The notes under the pieces are model-generated. The model made no database searches. It had not been told where the DNA came from and saw only the letters and a program-made list of their open reading frames with translations. Below, piece after piece: positions 33,359-44,305 of a stretch of DNA of 62,130 nt; within the stretch, counting starts at the first letter, position 1; each line of letters begins with the position of its first letter. The stretch is taken from NCBI GenBank assembly GCA_040770465.1, contig JAXGJB010000012.1:1-62130 (forward strand). The letters run 5' to 3'. This DNA comes from Methanothrix sp. (GTDB lineage: Archaea; Halobacteriota; Methanosarcinia; Methanotrichales; Methanotrichaceae). The position numbers and the translations under genes were made by a program.

Positions 33359-33928
33359 AGAGGCTGCTTGGGAATAAGAGTCGAGGACAGAAAGGTCGTA
33401 TCCGGCCCGCTCCAGGGTACCGAAGACGTCTATCCCGCAGGCCTCCATGGATGGCCTCACCTTCTCCTTGTGCCGGCAGTTTCGAGCGTCGAAGACGTCC
33501 ATATCCTCCTTCTCCTCCGGGATGCAGGTGGCGCAGAAGGTGCAGGGTAGGGCGTTGAACCCGAAGGCCTTGTAATAGCCTGAGAGGAAGGCACACCTCT
33601 CCAGCTGGAATATCGTCTCGTGGACGGAGTTTATCGAGTCCCAGAGGTGGTGATGGAGGCGCTGGGGCGAAACATCGTTGTCCGGAGTCGCCTCAAACCG
33701 GGCGATGACGCCGACCCTGTACTCATCCAGCACTTTGCGGGTCTCCTCCGGCGTCGGGGAGTAAGGGGGGCATCCCAGGTGCTTTCCGTACGCCTTGCAG
33801 CCGTACCTGCACTTCAGCCTCACCCAGCTCGCCACCGCCACATCCTCTGACGAGACGAGTTTGAGGTCGGAGTGGACCTCCTTCATCCTGCTCAGGAGAT
33901 CCTCCAGACCGATCCTGCAAATGGTCAT
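33332..33928 (-). CDS. DUF2284 Cys-rich metal-binding protein
   Basis: KCRYGC..YG..CPP, PCTFCATC, CRH...RPSMEACGIDVF. Confidence 0.85.
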   Translation of the reverse strand: MTICRIGLEDLLSRMKEVHSDLKLVSSEDVAVASWVRLKCRYGCKAYGKHLGCPPYSPTPEETRKVLDEYRVGVIARFEATPDNDVSPQRLHHHLWDSINSVHETIFQLERCAFLSGYYKAFGFNALPCTFCATCIPEEKEDMDVFDARNCRHKEKVRPSMEACGIDVFGTLERAGYDLSVLDSYSQAASLFGLVLLD

Positions 33929-33932
33929 GGAA

Positions 33933-34340
33933 CTACCATGGGAATGTCAAATCCTCTCCCAGGAAGCCGACCAAGCCCCCGCGCTCATATCTTATCATAT
34001 TTTTCAGAGGGGTAGTCTGCACCCGTCCGGTTAGCTGGGCCTGGATCCACGGATCGTCAGAATAACCACTGCTTCCGGGACTGCCGGGATACAGGAAATC
34101 CACAGAACGTGGGGTGCTGTTCACCGGCTGGAGAGTGCCGTTTTCCAGCGTCATCCACCGAGGCGTGCCACCCCAATCCCACAGGCCGGTTGCACTTTCG
34201 TTGGTGACCTGGGTCTGATAGGGGAGATTATTCAGCCACGAAACTCCGAATTCTCCGCCGACGCTCACCGTCTCTACGGCGCAGACGGAAGCGCTGGCAG
34301 CAAGAATGGCCAAAAAGGCTAGTATGATAACTGTTCTCAT
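33933..34340 (-). CDS. Secreted protein, function unknown
   Basis: Signal peptide MRTVIILAFLAILAASASVCA; LWDWGGTP. Confidence 0.6.
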   Translation of the reverse strand: MRTVIILAFLAILAASASVCAVETVSVGGEFGVSWLNNLPYQTQVTNESATGLWDWGGTPRWMTLENGTLQPVNSTPRSVDFLYPGSPGSSGYSDDPWIQAQLTGRVQTTPLKNMIRYERGGLVGFLGEDLTFPW

Positions 34341-34480
34341 GATTAACCCACCATTTCCCTTTATGCTAGGCTAGTGGTGATACCGCCAATAAAAGCCTTT
34401 CGAGATCCGACTGAAGTATTTGGATATGAGATGAAAGGTTTGGAGATATGCGAATTTTCCTCAGTCTCCTCGGTCTTGAT

Positions 34481-34996
34481 TCATTCGATCTTCCTTGCAG
34501 CCACCTCGATCGCCCGGACCAGGCTGTCTTTGGGAATTATGGTGGCCACTGGTATCGAGAGGAGCTTCTCCACGGTGGGGCTGACGATGGGGGCGCAGAC
34601 GAGGGCCGCAGCCCCGTCCCTCTCAGCCCTTACTGCTGCCACGATCGCCTCCTCGATGTTGGTGGCCGAGTACTCCCGGAGGACCAGGAGCCGATCGCCG
34701 ATCTTCATCCTCTTCTCCTTGATCTCGTCGAGGACCGGCCGGGCTGCGATGACGGCGATGAAGCCTGTATCAACCCCTTCGATCTCACGGATCGTCTTGA
34801 CGATCTCGCGAAGGGTTGTGATGTTCGGCTCCCGGTGGCCGGACATGATCTTATAAAGGGTGGACTGGGGGATGGAAGAGATCTTGCTGAACTCCCGCGC
34901 GCTGAGGCCCAGCTCCGAGAGAACCTCCTTGAGGGATTCTCGGAGCTTCTCGTCGGACTGGAAGGCAGCCCTCGTCAACCTCTCCGCATATGTCAT
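34481..34996 (-). CDS. XRE-HTH transcriptional regulator with a C-terminal ligand domain
   Basis: LSAREFSKISSIPQSTLYKIMSG.REPN; divergent from the ABC transporter genes. Confidence 0.82.
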   Translation of the reverse strand: MTYAERLTRAAFQSDEKLRESLKEVLSELGLSAREFSKISSIPQSTLYKIMSGHREPNITTLREIVKTIREIEGVDTGFIAVIAARPVLDEIKEKRMKIGDRLLVLREYSATNIEEAIVAAVRAERDGAAALVCAPIVSPTVEKLLSIPVATIIPKDSLVRAIEVAARKIE

Positions 34997-35101
34997 CTAA
35001 TTGTAGAATATCTTTCGAATACTAGTACTTTTGGGATTATATATCGACCCGACCGGAAAATGCTTTATATCGACCCCATCTTTCCTCGGGTGGTGAGACA
35101 T

Positions 35102-36091
35102 TTGAGGAGAGATCTTCTTATCGCAGCCCTGGCGGCGGCCCTGGTGGCCTTGATCGCCCTGGGCTGCATCGGCACCGATAAGGAGGCCGGGATAAAGACC
35201 CTCCGGATCGGATACCAGCCCAGCACCCATCAGGTCGCTGAGATGGTGGCGATGGAGGAGGGATGGTGGCTTTCAGACCTCGAACCCTTCGGGATCGAGG
35301 ATGTAGAGGACTTCGAGTTTCCATCGGGACCTCCGGAGATGCAGGCGATGCTCGGCGAAAGCCTTGACATAGCCTACGTCGGCGCAGCCCCGCCGATCAG
35401 CGCCATCTCCCAGGGTCTCGAAGCCAAGATAGTGGCTGCGGTCCAGAAGAACGGGTCGGACCTGGTGGTCAGCCCCGAGGTCGATTACAAAGGGCCCGAG
35501 TCCCTGGTGGGCCTCAAGGTAGCCACCTTCCCTCCGGGATCGATCCAGGACACGGTCTTTAAAAAGTGGCTGGAGGACAACGGCATAAACCCCGAGGATA
35601 TAGACATCAAGTCGATGGACCCGGGTGCTGCCGTCACCGCCATCTCTGCAAAGCAGGTCGATGCGGTCTTCCTGCCCCATCCGTCGCCCTCCGTCATTGA
35701 GCTTGAGGGGAACGGCAAGTCGGTTGTAGCCTCCGGGGAGATGTGGCCAAACCACGCCTGCTGCTGCCTCGTCGTCAGCGACAAATTGATGAAAGAGGAG
35801 CCGGAGCTTGTGGAGCAGATAATTAAGACTCACATCAGGGCCACCGAGTACATCAACGAGAACCCCGAGAAGGCGGCGGAGGTCTACTCTGCGAAGACCG
35901 GCCAGAACCTGACGATCGTCCAGCACTCCATCGAGACCTGGGACGGCGCCTGGATCAGCGATCCTCATGTGATCATTCCATCGGTGACCGAATTCGCCAG
36001 GGTGGACTACGAGCTGGGGTACACCGGGGAGAAGCTCCTGACCGAGGACGATCTATTCGATACCAGTTTCTACGACAGGGTGACGAGCTGA
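35102..36091 (+). CDS. NitT/TauT/SsuA-family ABC substrate-binding lipoprotein
   Basis: TTG start, lipobox ALGC, IGYQPSTHQ, FPSGP, DIAYVG, HACC. Confidence 0.85.
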   Translation: MRRDLLIAALAAALVALIALGCIGTDKEAGIKTLRIGYQPSTHQVAEMVAMEEGWWLSDLEPFGIEDVEDFEFPSGPPEMQAMLGESLDIAYVGAAPPISAISQGLEAKIVAAVQKNGSDLVVSPEVDYKGPESLVGLKVATFPPGSIQDTVFKKWLEDNGINPEDIDIKSMDPGAAVTAISAKQVDAVFLPHPSPSVIELEGNGKSVVASGEMWPNHACCCLVVSDKLMKEEPELVEQIIKTHIRATEYINENPEKAAEVYSAKTGQNLTIVQHSIETWDGAWISDPHVIIPSVTEFARVDYELGYTGEKLLTEDDLFDTSFYDRVTS

Positions 36092-36137
36092 AGAGATAAC
36101 GGAACGAGACGATGAGAGCGCGAAGGGAAAGACGAAG

Positions 36138-36947
36138 ATGACGGGATCAGATTTGACGTTCGCCGAGAGGGCGAGAGAGAGGCTCGGAGAGCACTGCGTT
36201 GAGGCACTATCGGTGATGGGGTTTGTCATCGTCTGGCAGATTCTGGCCGTGGCCATCGACAATCCGCTTAAGCTTCCGAGCTTCCTCCAGGTGGTCGATG
36301 CCATGATCCGCCAGTGGCCGACGATCCTCTGGGTTGACCTTCCGGTGAGCCTGATCCACTTCGCCCTGGGCATGGTGGCAGGGCTCCTCGTAGCCCTGCC
36401 CATCGGGATGTCCATGGGCTGGTCCAGGGTCGCAGAGAGGATCTTCGACCCCATCGTGGAGCTGATCAGGCCCATCCCCCCCCTCGCCTGGATCCCATTC
36501 GCCATCATCTGGTTCGGCCTGACAGCCCAGGCCGCAGGGTTCATAGTCTTCGTGGGGGCGGTCTTTCCCATCCTCATCAACTCCTACGTCGGCTTTCGGT
36601 CCGTTCCTAAAATCTACGTCGAATCCGCGATGGTTCTCGGAGCCACCAGAAACCTCGACCTGGTCAGGTACGTCGCCTTGCCTTCGGCCCTCCCCTCCAT
36701 CGCCGCCGGGATCAGGATCGCCATGGGGATCGCCTGGATGTGCATCGTCGCCGCCGAGATGTTCGGGGCGAGCACCAGGAGCGGGCTTGGCTATCGGCTC
36801 TGGGATTACTACTCCCTTCACATGATGGACCTGGTCTTCCTCTACATGATCGTCCTCGGACTTCTGGGTCTTCTCATCGATCGGTCCTTCCGGTACGTCG
36901 TCCAGGAGAAGCTCCTCCGCTGGCAGGAGGGGCTGAGGCAGAACTAG
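36138..36947 (+). CDS. NitT/TauT ABC permease
   Basis: LIRPIPPLAWIP, ESAMVLGA, PSALPSI, VAAEM. Confidence 0.9.
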   Translation: MTGSDLTFAERARERLGEHCVEALSVMGFVIVWQILAVAIDNPLKLPSFLQVVDAMIRQWPTILWVDLPVSLIHFALGMVAGLLVALPIGMSMGWSRVAERIFDPIVELIRPIPPLAWIPFAIIWFGLTAQAAGFIVFVGAVFPILINSYVGFRSVPKIYVESAMVLGATRNLDLVRYVALPSALPSIAAGIRIAMGIAWMCIVAAEMFGASTRSGLGYRLWDYYSLHMMDLVFLYMIVLGLLGLLIDRSFRYVVQEKLLRWQEGLRQN

Positions 36948-37125
36948 GCGGGCTGAGGCGGACTGACGCCGTCGGATCTCCTCGCCTTCACTTTTTCTTC
37001 CTCTTCCCGGGCCAAAACCCCCCCCCATTTTTCCGATCTTTTTTATCGCCTCATCCATCGCCAGGATGATCAAGCCAGAGCTATTTTAAGCCAGAACTCG
37101 TTTCTATCGACTGAGGTGAGATCCA

Positions 37126-37446
37126 GTGTTGATATCGACAACCCCAACCATTGAGGGAAGACACGTCGTGAAGTACTTAGGCATCGTCAGCGGAGAGGCG
37201 ATAATGGGTGCAAACCTCTTCAAGGACCTCTTCGCCGGGATCAGGGACATCGTCGGCGGAAGGTCGGGAGCTTATGAGAAGGAGCTGCGGCGGGCGAAGG
37301 AGATGGCCCTCCAGGATATGGAGGAGGAGGCGAAGAGGCTCGGCGCCAACGCCATCCTCAGCGTCGACCTCGACTACGAGACTTTGGGGCAGACCGGCGG
37401 GATGCTGATGGTCTCGGCCAGCGGGACCGCGGTCCTGGTGGAGTGA
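37126..37446 (+). CDS. YbjQ/UPF0145 heavy-metal-binding protein
   Basis: [24 protein letters not shown]...ASGTAV. Confidence 0.9.
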   Translation: MLISTTPTIEGRHVVKYLGIVSGEAIMGANLFKDLFAGIRDIVGGRSGAYEKELRRAKEMALQDMEEEAKRLGANAILSVDLDYETLGQTGGMLMVSASGTAVLVE

Positions 37447-37520
37447 TGAGTGCTCGGTGGAGGGATGACGGATTTCGCGATATCGAGACGAGAAGCAGCC
37501 GAAAAAGGAATTGAGAGATT

Positions 37521-38489
37521 TCAGGGGAGCTCCAGGGTTCCCGCTATCCGGAGCTTGCTCCCCTCCAGCTGACAGATGACCGCTCTGTCGCCGGGCCGGT
37601 AGACGAGAGGCTTGTCCAGCTCAATGCCGATAAGCGGCTTTCTCCAGTCTTCTCCCGCCTCGACTGATGTGACCCTCGCCGGAATGAACTGCATCCAGTG
37701 GCCCAGATGGAGGACCATCCCCTCCTTGAGGGGCGCGGGCCAGTAGCGGATCAGCTCGGCCCTGGCGGAGAGGGTTGAATCCGACTTGAGGGACTCGTCG
37801 CTGGCGAGGACGTCGCCGCGGTCCAGCTCCTCGGCGTCTATGTTCTTGAGGGCGATCCCCGCCCTGTCGCCCGTCCGGGCCCAGTCGAAGTCGTCGTCGT
37901 GCTTCTGGATCGACCGGACCTGGGCGGTCCTATCGCCCGGCAGGACCCGGAGGGTCTCGTGCTTTCTTATCACTCCTTCGGCCATGGTGCCGAGGATGAC
38001 GGTTCCGATCCCCCTCACGTTGAAGAAGTGGTCGACGGGGATCGCGCCCCCTCGCTCCTCAGGCGATGGCTGGGCCTCCTTGAGCCTGTCCGCCTCGTCA
38101 AGGAGCCGCTCCCGGAGGGCGTTGGGGTCGTCGATGATCTGCTCGTACCCCTCGAGGACGGTCCCTTTGATTACGGGATTTAGCCTGCCGGGGTCGAGGT
38201 AGTTTCTGAGGATTATGTAGCCATCTCTGATTCCCAGGGCCTGGAGCATTATGACGATCTCGCCGAAGGTGGCGTCGATCTGGTCCACCACCAGGACCGC
38301 TCTCCTCGCCATGGATGCCGCAAAGAATAGTGGTGCGAGCCGCTCCGGATACCTGGTGGGCTCTACGATGGTGACGGTGCTCTCGCCCCTTTTGAGGTTG
38401 TAGAAGGTGATGTCGGTGGAGGTGCCTTTTTTTGCGACCTCCTTTGCGTAGCCCGGGGGACCGAGGATCGCCACGTTCAGATTTGCCAT
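37521..38489 (-). CDS. Archaeal SelB-like/EF-Tu domain II protein with a degenerate G domain
   Basis: KKGTSTDIT, PVDHFFNVRGIGTVILG, VRSIQKHD, GDRAGIALK, LDRGDVL; no GxxxxGKT motif. Confidence 0.8.
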   Translation of the reverse strand: MANLNVAILGPPGYAKEVAKKGTSTDITFYNLKRGESTVTIVEPTRYPERLAPLFFAASMARRAVLVVDQIDATFGEIVIMLQALGIRDGYIILRNYLDPGRLNPVIKGTVLEGYEQIIDDPNALRERLLDEADRLKEAQPSPEERGGAIPVDHFFNVRGIGTVILGTMAEGVIRKHETLRVLPGDRTAQVRSIQKHDDDFDWARTGDRAGIALKNIDAEELDRGDVLASDESLKSDSTLSARAELIRYWPAPLKEGMVLHLGHWMQFIPARVTSVEAGEDWRKPLIGIELDKPLVYRPGDRAVICQLEGSKLRIAGTLELP

Positions 38490-38604
38490 AAATGGGCGGA
38501 GATTATCTGGATGATAATAGGCTTTGCGGTGGGACTATGCGTTGTGACGAAGTTCGGCCAAAATATCTGGACCGGGGGGATCGCTCCCCCCTCCCGAAAG
38601 AGCC

Positions 38605-40533
38605 TCAGATGAATCGGGGCCTCTCCGAGAGCTTCACCGGCAGAGGAAGCCCTTTGGTGGGCTTTCCAGCCGTCTCAGCCGCGATCCTCGATCTCAGATC
38701 TTCGATGGTCATCTCGACCTTCTTTGGCTTCTTCGGCTCCGACTCGGCCCTGACGGTCACCGCGAGCCTCCCTGACTCCAGCTCATCGTCTCCGATGACG
38801 ACGACGTAAGGGACCCATTCGCGACCGGCGTCCCGGATCTTCTTTCCGACGGTCTCGTCCCGGTCGTCGATGTCCGTCCTGAATCCGAGGGCTTTTGTGA
38901 CCTCCTCGGCCCGGGCCAGGTGGCGTTCGGCGACCGGGATCACCCTCACCTGGGTCGGCGCGATCCAGGTGGCCAGCATCGGAACCTTCCCTTCCGTCGA
39001 GACCCGGTGGGCCTTCTCCAGGAGGGCGTACATCAGCCGCTCGATGGCGCCGGAGGGCGAGCAGTGGAGGATGATGGGCCGCTTGAGGGAGCCGTCGGCG
39101 TCGGTGTAGTTGATGTCGTACCGCTCGGCGTTCTCCACGTCGATCTGGACCGTCGAGAGGGCGGACGCCTTGTCCAGGGCGTCGACGAAGTTGAACTCGA
39201 ACTTGAGGACGAAGTAGAAGAACCGCTCGTCCCACATCTCGATCAGGACGGGCTTATCGACGATTCCGACCAGACCCTCGACGAACTCCCTGTTCTCGTC
39301 GTAGAACTCCTTTGTGAACCTGATCGCCACCTCGTAGTCGTCGAGGTCGAGGCCAGCCTCTTTCAGAACCGAGATCGAGGCCTGGTACTGATTAGCAAAC
39401 TCTCGGGTCGCCCCATTCATGTCGGCGCAGAGGGTGTGCATGTCGGGCATGGTGAAGGCCCGAAGCCTCCGCAGGCCCACGAGTTCGCCCCGCTGCTCGC
39501 GCCTGAAGGAGTAGCGGGTCATCTCGATCATCTTGAGGGGGAGGGATCTGTACGACACCGTCATGTCGTGGCTCATCAGAAACTGGCCGAAGCAGGCCGC
39601 AAACCGCAGGAAGAAGCTCCTCTTCTCGGCCTCGATGGAGTACTGCCTTGCAGGGAACCTGTCCAGGTACTTTTTGAGGGTGGGGTGGAACATGTCGTAC
39701 ATGATGGGAGTCTCCACCTCCATCGCCCCCATCTCCGCCGCCCTCTCAAGGACGTAAGACTCCAGGAGGGACTTGACGAGCCTCCCCTTGGGGTAGTACC
39801 TCATGTTCCCCGAATCGGAGCCCGGCTCGTAGTCGACGAGCTCCAGCCGCCTCATCAGCTCGACGTGGGGCGGGACGGCCTCGACGGCCCTGCTCTTGGA
39901 TATCTCGTAGTTGACGAACTTTCTGAGGTTCTCATGCCCGGCGAAGTCGAACTTATCGGGTTCGGTCATCACCCCGTCGGGGGTCATGATCCTCCAGTAG
40001 GATACTGCCTTCTCCTCGGCCTTGAGGGCTTCGGATACCACCTCTTCTCTCTCCGGGGCCCTGGCGGCGACGGTCGCAGCCCCAGAAGCCCTGGCGGCAG
40101 CGCCGGCACCTTCGCCGAGCCTGATGGAGCGGGATAGCTCCGAGAGGGGATGGCCTTTGCAGCTGAGCTTGAAGGCCTTGTACCAGCCGAAGGGCGCTCT
40201 TGCCACCTCGTAATTCTCCTGGAGGGCTTCATCCATCCCGCGGAGGATATCAACAGCGGCGGCGGGAGACGAGAGCTGGGAGCTGAGGTGGGCGTACGGG
40301 TAGAGCATGATCCTTCTGGTCTTGACCTGCTCTGCCACATCGGCGATCTCTTTTGCGCCTTCGGCGACGACCGCGGGGATATCGTCCTCGTCCATCTTCT
40401 CGACGGCGATGAAGGCGCAGAGGGCCTCCTCCAGCCGGCCCGACTTCTCCTCCTCTTCCACCTTCTCGGCGACGGGGGTCGGCCTCTTCGCCTCAAACTC
40501 TATGTAATCAGAATGGATCAACAGCAACTGCAA
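38605..40533 (-). CDS. thrS: Threonyl-tRNA synthetase, archaeal type
   Basis: [16 protein letters not shown] and RAPFGWYK (editing domain), [29 protein letters not shown]. Confidence 0.96.
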   Translation of the reverse strand: MQLLLIHSDYIEFEAKRPTPVAEKVEEEEKSGRLEEALCAFIAVEKMDEDDIPAVVAEGAKEIADVAEQVKTRRIMLYPYAHLSSQLSSPAAAVDILRGMDEALQENYEVARAPFGWYKAFKLSCKGHPLSELSRSIRLGEGAGAAARASGAATVAARAPEREEVVSEALKAEEKAVSYWRIMTPDGVMTEPDKFDFAGHENLRKFVNYEISKSRAVEAVPPHVELMRRLELVDYEPGSDSGNMRYYPKGRLVKSLLESYVLERAAEMGAMEVETPIMYDMFHPTLKKYLDRFPARQYSIEAEKRSFFLRFAACFGQFLMSHDMTVSYRSLPLKMIEMTRYSFRREQRGELVGLRRLRAFTMPDMHTLCADMNGATREFANQYQASISVLKEAGLDLDDYEVAIRFTKEFYDENREFVEGLVGIVDKPVLIEMWDERFFYFVLKFEFNFVDALDKASALSTVQIDVENAERYDINYTDADGSLKRPIILHCSPSGAIERLMYALLEKAHRVSTEGKVPMLATWIAPTQVRVIPVAERHLARAEEVTKALGFRTDIDDRDETVGKKIRDAGREWVPYVVVIGDDELESGRLAVTVRAESEPKKPKKVEMTIEDLRSRIAAETAGKPTKGLPLPVKLSERPRFI

Positions 40534-40866
40534 CGAGAACCACCTTCGTTCAGCCAGCTACAGAAGGGGCCATCTAGTTCAACCTTTCGACAGGATTTTG
40601 GAGCTGCGGCAAGTAAAAGATTGATTTGGAGCCGTCAGATCTTCGCCTCGGGAGCTTCAATGAATCTGAAGCATGTCATCACATCCCATGAAGGTTGCTG
40701 GGTCCTCACAGCCCTGAAAACCATTGCAATCTCGCCTGACGTGCTTTCTTGCAGATAATCAGGGGAGGAGGATCCGACCGACTCTTGATAATGTTGCAGC
40801 AAATTGGCATCTGAAAAAAGAATCACCTCCTGGAATGAGAATGAGATTGAAATCTTTGCGAAAAGG

Positions 40867-41337
40867 CTAAAGCGACCTCCTCATGATGATCGCACCCTCG
40901 CCGTCGGGGTAGTAGTTCTTGGCGGTGGTGAAGATCTCAAAGCCGAGGTCGAGGTAGAGCGTCTGAGCCCTTTTATTTGTGACTCTCACCTCGAGGATGA
41001 CGGAGACGACCGCAAGCCTCCGGAAGATCTCCAATAGCTCCGTCATCAGCCGTCGGCCGACGCCCTGACCCTGCCGTCCTGACCTCACCGCAAGCCAGAA
41101 TATCCTCCCCTCCAGGGGCGACTGCCTGAACCCCAGGACCATCCCGGCGATCCTCCCGTCAGCCTCCGCCACCAGGAATGTGGTGGGATAGTTCTCGTAG
41201 AAGAAGGTGAGAAGGTAAGGGTCGTGGCCTCCCCCAGCCTCAGAGTCCAGGTCGACGGCTTCGGAGAAATCGCGAGGCTCAAACCTCCTGATCTTCAATC
41301 CGTCCTTCGGGTCCCCCCAGACGTTCATCGCGTTCAT
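40867..41337 (-). CDS. RimI-like GNAT N-acetyltransferase
   Basis: LAVRSGRQGQGVG, LEVRVTN..AQ.LY..LGF, YYPDGEGA. Confidence 0.85.
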   Translation of the reverse strand: MNAMNVWGDPKDGLKIRRFEPRDFSEAVDLDSEAGGGHDPYLLTFFYENYPTTFLVAEADGRIAGMVLGFRQSPLEGRIFWLAVRSGRQGQGVGRRLMTELLEIFRRLAVVSVILEVRVTNKRAQTLYLDLGFEIFTTAKNYYPDGEGAIIMRRSL

Positions 41338-41516
41338 CCTGAGCCCTTTCCCATCGGCCTCAAGATAAAAATAGCTTATCGATGGGGAAGTTTTTATGCC
41401 ATCCGGTTCTGCTGAGGACGAGGGCATCCCCGACGGCAAATAACGGCCTGATGGCGAATGATTTGAGATGGGATATTGAGCTGAGGACGGGCGGCTCTGC
41501 GGAGATGGTGAACGAT

Positions 41517-42227
41517 ATGAAGCAAGCAGCAGGTTTCGGACTCCTGACGACTCCGGCTCTGGTTCTGCTTCTGTTTCTGCCTCTTATTCTACTTATTTTC
41601 TTCTTGCTGGCCCCGCCCTCTCTGGCCCAGGGATTCGAGGAGGACGGGTTCAACGGCACCACCTACATCCTGGCGAAGATGGAGGCCGAGGTGATCGTCC
41701 CCGCCAACGGCACAAGCTTCAACCTCTCCCTCCCCTACAAGTCCGAGATCAGGCTCTTCGACTCGAACGGCTCGGAGGTCCCCGTCGAGACCGAGGTCCA
41801 GTTCTGGCGGGGATCTCATCAGTATCAGGTCGTCTCCGAAGAGGTGGTGACGGGCCACCTCAACTACACCACCCCCATCACCGACCAGCGGTTCGTCGCC
41901 CTCGCCGAGGAGGGGGAGGCGATCCGGGTCGTTCTTCCTCCGGGCTACTCCACCGGCGACCCCGTCCTGGGGAGGGCTCGGCCAAATCCCGACGAGATCG
42001 AGGTCCGGGACAACAGGACCGTCCTCATCTGGACCGACCTCGACAAGAGGACGTTGATCGACGTCAGCTTCTACAAAGAGGATGCTCCTCGGGCCTTCAG
42101 GCTCTTTCTCCTCCTCCTCGCCTTTCTTGCCGCAGTTTTAGCCATCGAGCACCATTCCAGCATACGAAGGCTCAGATCTTTTCGGGAAGAGGCCGAAGAG
42201 GATAAGGCCGGAGAGGATAAGGCTTGA
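41517..42227 (+). CDS. Membrane-anchored exported protein (DUF5803-like)
   Basis: Signal peptide, VVLPPGYSTGDPVLG, C-terminal TM. Confidence 0.6.
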   Translation: MKQAAGFGLLTTPALVLLLFLPLILLIFFLLAPPSLAQGFEEDGFNGTTYILAKMEAEVIVPANGTSFNLSLPYKSEIRLFDSNGSEVPVETEVQFWRGSHQYQVVSEEVVTGHLNYTTPITDQRFVALAEEGEAIRVVLPPGYSTGDPVLGRARPNPDEIEVRDNRTVLIWTDLDKRTLIDVSFYKEDAPRAFRLFLLLLAFLAAVLAIEHHSSIRRLRSFREEAEEDKAGEDKA

Positions 42228-42345
42228 AGAAGGCCGGATCTGAGCTCTGGATCTGAGCCCTGAAGCGTGTCCCCCTCAGGTTTACGGTCGGATCTCAGGT
42301 CAGATCCGGTCAGATCTAAGTACCGGCGACCTCAACACCTTCACC

Positions 42346-43029
42346 ATGGAGCCGAGAGAGATCGTGGAAGGGATATCCGTCGTGGGAGGTCCGGGGATAT
42401 CCCACCCCGCCGACTGTTGCGTCTATCTTGTGGAGGCGAAAGAGGAGCTTGTTATGATCGACGCCGGTGCCGGGCCGGGAGCCGAGGCGATTTTGAGAAA
42501 CGTCCGGGCCCTGGGCTTCGATCCGGCCAAAATCGGCCACCTCGTCGCCACCCACTGCCACATCGACCACGTCGGGGGCATATCCCGGATCAGGGAGGAG
42601 ACCGGCTGTCTTGTTATCGGCCACGAGGCGGACCGGGACGGGATAGAGCTCGGGGATCCGCGGCTGACCGCCGCCGACCTCTACGGCATCGAGTACTGGC
42701 CCGTGAAGATCGACGTCGTTCTGGAAGGGGAAGAAAAGATCATCAGGCTTGGGTGCCTCGATTTCCGGTTCATCGCCACCCCAGGCCACACCCCCGGCAG
42801 CATCGCCGTGGCCATCGACCTCAATGAGGGGAGGGCCCTCTTCGGCCAGGACGTCCACGGCCCCTTCAGCGACAGCTGGGGCTCGGACATAAACCAATGG
42901 AGGAGGTCGATGGAGAAGCTCCTGGACCTGGAGGCCGAGATCCTCTTCGAGGGGCACGCCGGGGTCTTCCGGGGAAAAGAGGTCCGAAGCTACATCGAGT
43001 CCCAGCTGAGAAGGTATCGTCACTTATAG
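42346..43029 (+). CDS. Metallo-beta-lactamase-fold hydrolase
   Basis: [26 protein letters not shown]. Confidence 0.88.
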   Translation: MEPREIVEGISVVGGPGISHPADCCVYLVEAKEELVMIDAGAGPGAEAILRNVRALGFDPAKIGHLVATHCHIDHVGGISRIREETGCLVIGHEADRDGIELGDPRLTAADLYGIEYWPVKIDVVLEGEEKIIRLGCLDFRFIATPGHTPGSIAVAIDLNEGRALFGQDVHGPFSDSWGSDINQWRRSMEKLLDLEAEILFEGHAGVFRGKEVRSYIESQLRRYRHL

Positions 43030-44033
43030 GCGTCGGCCCTGAAGGTCGCCACTTCACCCTCGTCCACGGCCTCGTCGACGGAGATCTCGACGTCGAGGAA
43101 CCTGGCCGCGGTCCAGATGTTCGTCGAGGCGTGCTTCGAAACCACTGGGGCGGTGTATGACCCCCCCGCCAGGGCGAGGTAGGGGACGAGCTGGTCGGCG
43201 AGATGGCGGTCGACGGCGGCCTTCGACCCGAGCTCCGCCACCATATCCTCTGCGGCCGCCCTGCCCACCTTCTCCGCCCGAAGCCCCCGCTCTCCCAGGC
43301 AGCTAGCCCCCTTACGCCCCGACCAGAGGGTGATGCCGCTCCCGGTGGAGGGGAGGTTTGCGGTTTCGCGCTCGATCTTCGCTGTGAAGCCCGCTTGCTC
43401 AAAAACCTCGATCGCGGCCTCCGACTGCCTCCGGGCGACGTGCTCGGGGAGGTTTGATGAGTGAGAGGTGCCTTCCACCCCCTCGGGCTGGAAGGCCAAA
43501 AGATCGGCTCTTTTGAGGTTTGAAGGAAAAATGACGAGGGTAACTACACCCCCTCCCCGTGGGTAGTAGCCGCGCCGCTCGCATTTTAGTTCGGATCGAA
43601 CGCCGAACTCGGCGAAGGCGGGAAGGGCTACTTTAGAGAGATAATCGATTGTCGGCGACCATTTGACGTCGGTTCCGCCCCGGACGGTCAGGGTCGAGGG
43701 ACCGTCGGCCTGGATCAGAGCTGGAAGGAGGCACTGGATCAGGAGGGTGATGCTTCCTGCGGTCCCTATATCGATCTCATAATCGCCGCCCTTCAGCTCA
43801 CCGGGCCGGAAGGTCATCTCCACCGACCCCGGCCTGACCCCCTCGGCTCGTGCGTCAGTCACCATCACAAGAGCCGATAACGCCGATACGTGCTGGGGCG
43901 AAAGGCCCGGGTTTGGCCGATTCTCCCGGATCCTCGTTATCCGGACCGATTCGCCGGTCACCGCTGAGAGGGCTGCCGCCGTCCTGACGATCTGGCCCCC
44001 TCCCTCGCCGAAGGAGCCGTCTATTTCGATCAT
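43020..44033 (-). CDS. rtcA: RNA 3'-terminal phosphate cyclase
   Basis: [45 protein letters not shown]. Confidence 0.95.
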   Translation of the reverse strand: MIEIDGSFGEGGGQIVRTAAALSAVTGESVRITRIRENRPNPGLSPQHVSALSALVMVTDARAEGVRPGSVEMTFRPGELKGGDYEIDIGTAGSITLLIQCLLPALIQADGPSTLTVRGGTDVKWSPTIDYLSKVALPAFAEFGVRSELKCERRGYYPRGGGVVTLVIFPSNLKRADLLAFQPEGVEGTSHSSNLPEHVARRQSEAAIEVFEQAGFTAKIERETANLPSTGSGITLWSGRKGASCLGERGLRAEKVGRAAAEDMVAELGSKAAVDRHLADQLVPYLALAGGSYTAPVVSKHASTNIWTAARFLDVEISVDEAVDEGEVATFRADAYK

Positions 44034-44305
44034 CCGACCGCGGCTTCGAACCCCTCTTCAAACTCCTCGCACATCCCGGCGATCCTGGACGCCACCTCGC
44101 TCAGAATGACCACGGGATCGACGTTCCTCGTCTTCAGCCGGAATATGGGGTTTGTCATCATGGGAAACTTGGCGTCGTAGGTGGCGAGGAGGACCCGATC
44201 GTCCTCGAGAAGCTCCGTCCTTATCAGGTTGAGGAGGGTGTGGCTCTCCCCTTCAAACTCCAGATGGAGCTCGTCCTCGGTCTTCTTCAGGATCTTGACG
44301 TTCAT
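44030..44305 (-). CDS. rpoL: DNA-directed RNA polymerase subunit L (Rpo11)
   Basis: MNVKILKK...[10 protein letters not shown]; in the conserved csl4-rpoL context. Confidence 0.9.
   Translation of the reverse strand: MNVKILKKTEDELHLEFEGESHTLLNLIRTELLEDDRVLLATYDAKFPMMTNPIFRLKTRNVDPVVILSEVASRIAGMCEEFEEGFEAAVG

Noticed and set aside
34448-35101. N-terminal extension of the 547-aa ABC binding-protein ORF
   Set aside because: It is antisense to the XRE regulator; the lipoprotein signal begins at the TTG at 35102.
42196-42320. Short imperfect repeats (gaggataaggc, ggatctgagc, ggtcagatc)
   Set aside because: Only two copies each and irregular; consistent with local slippage.
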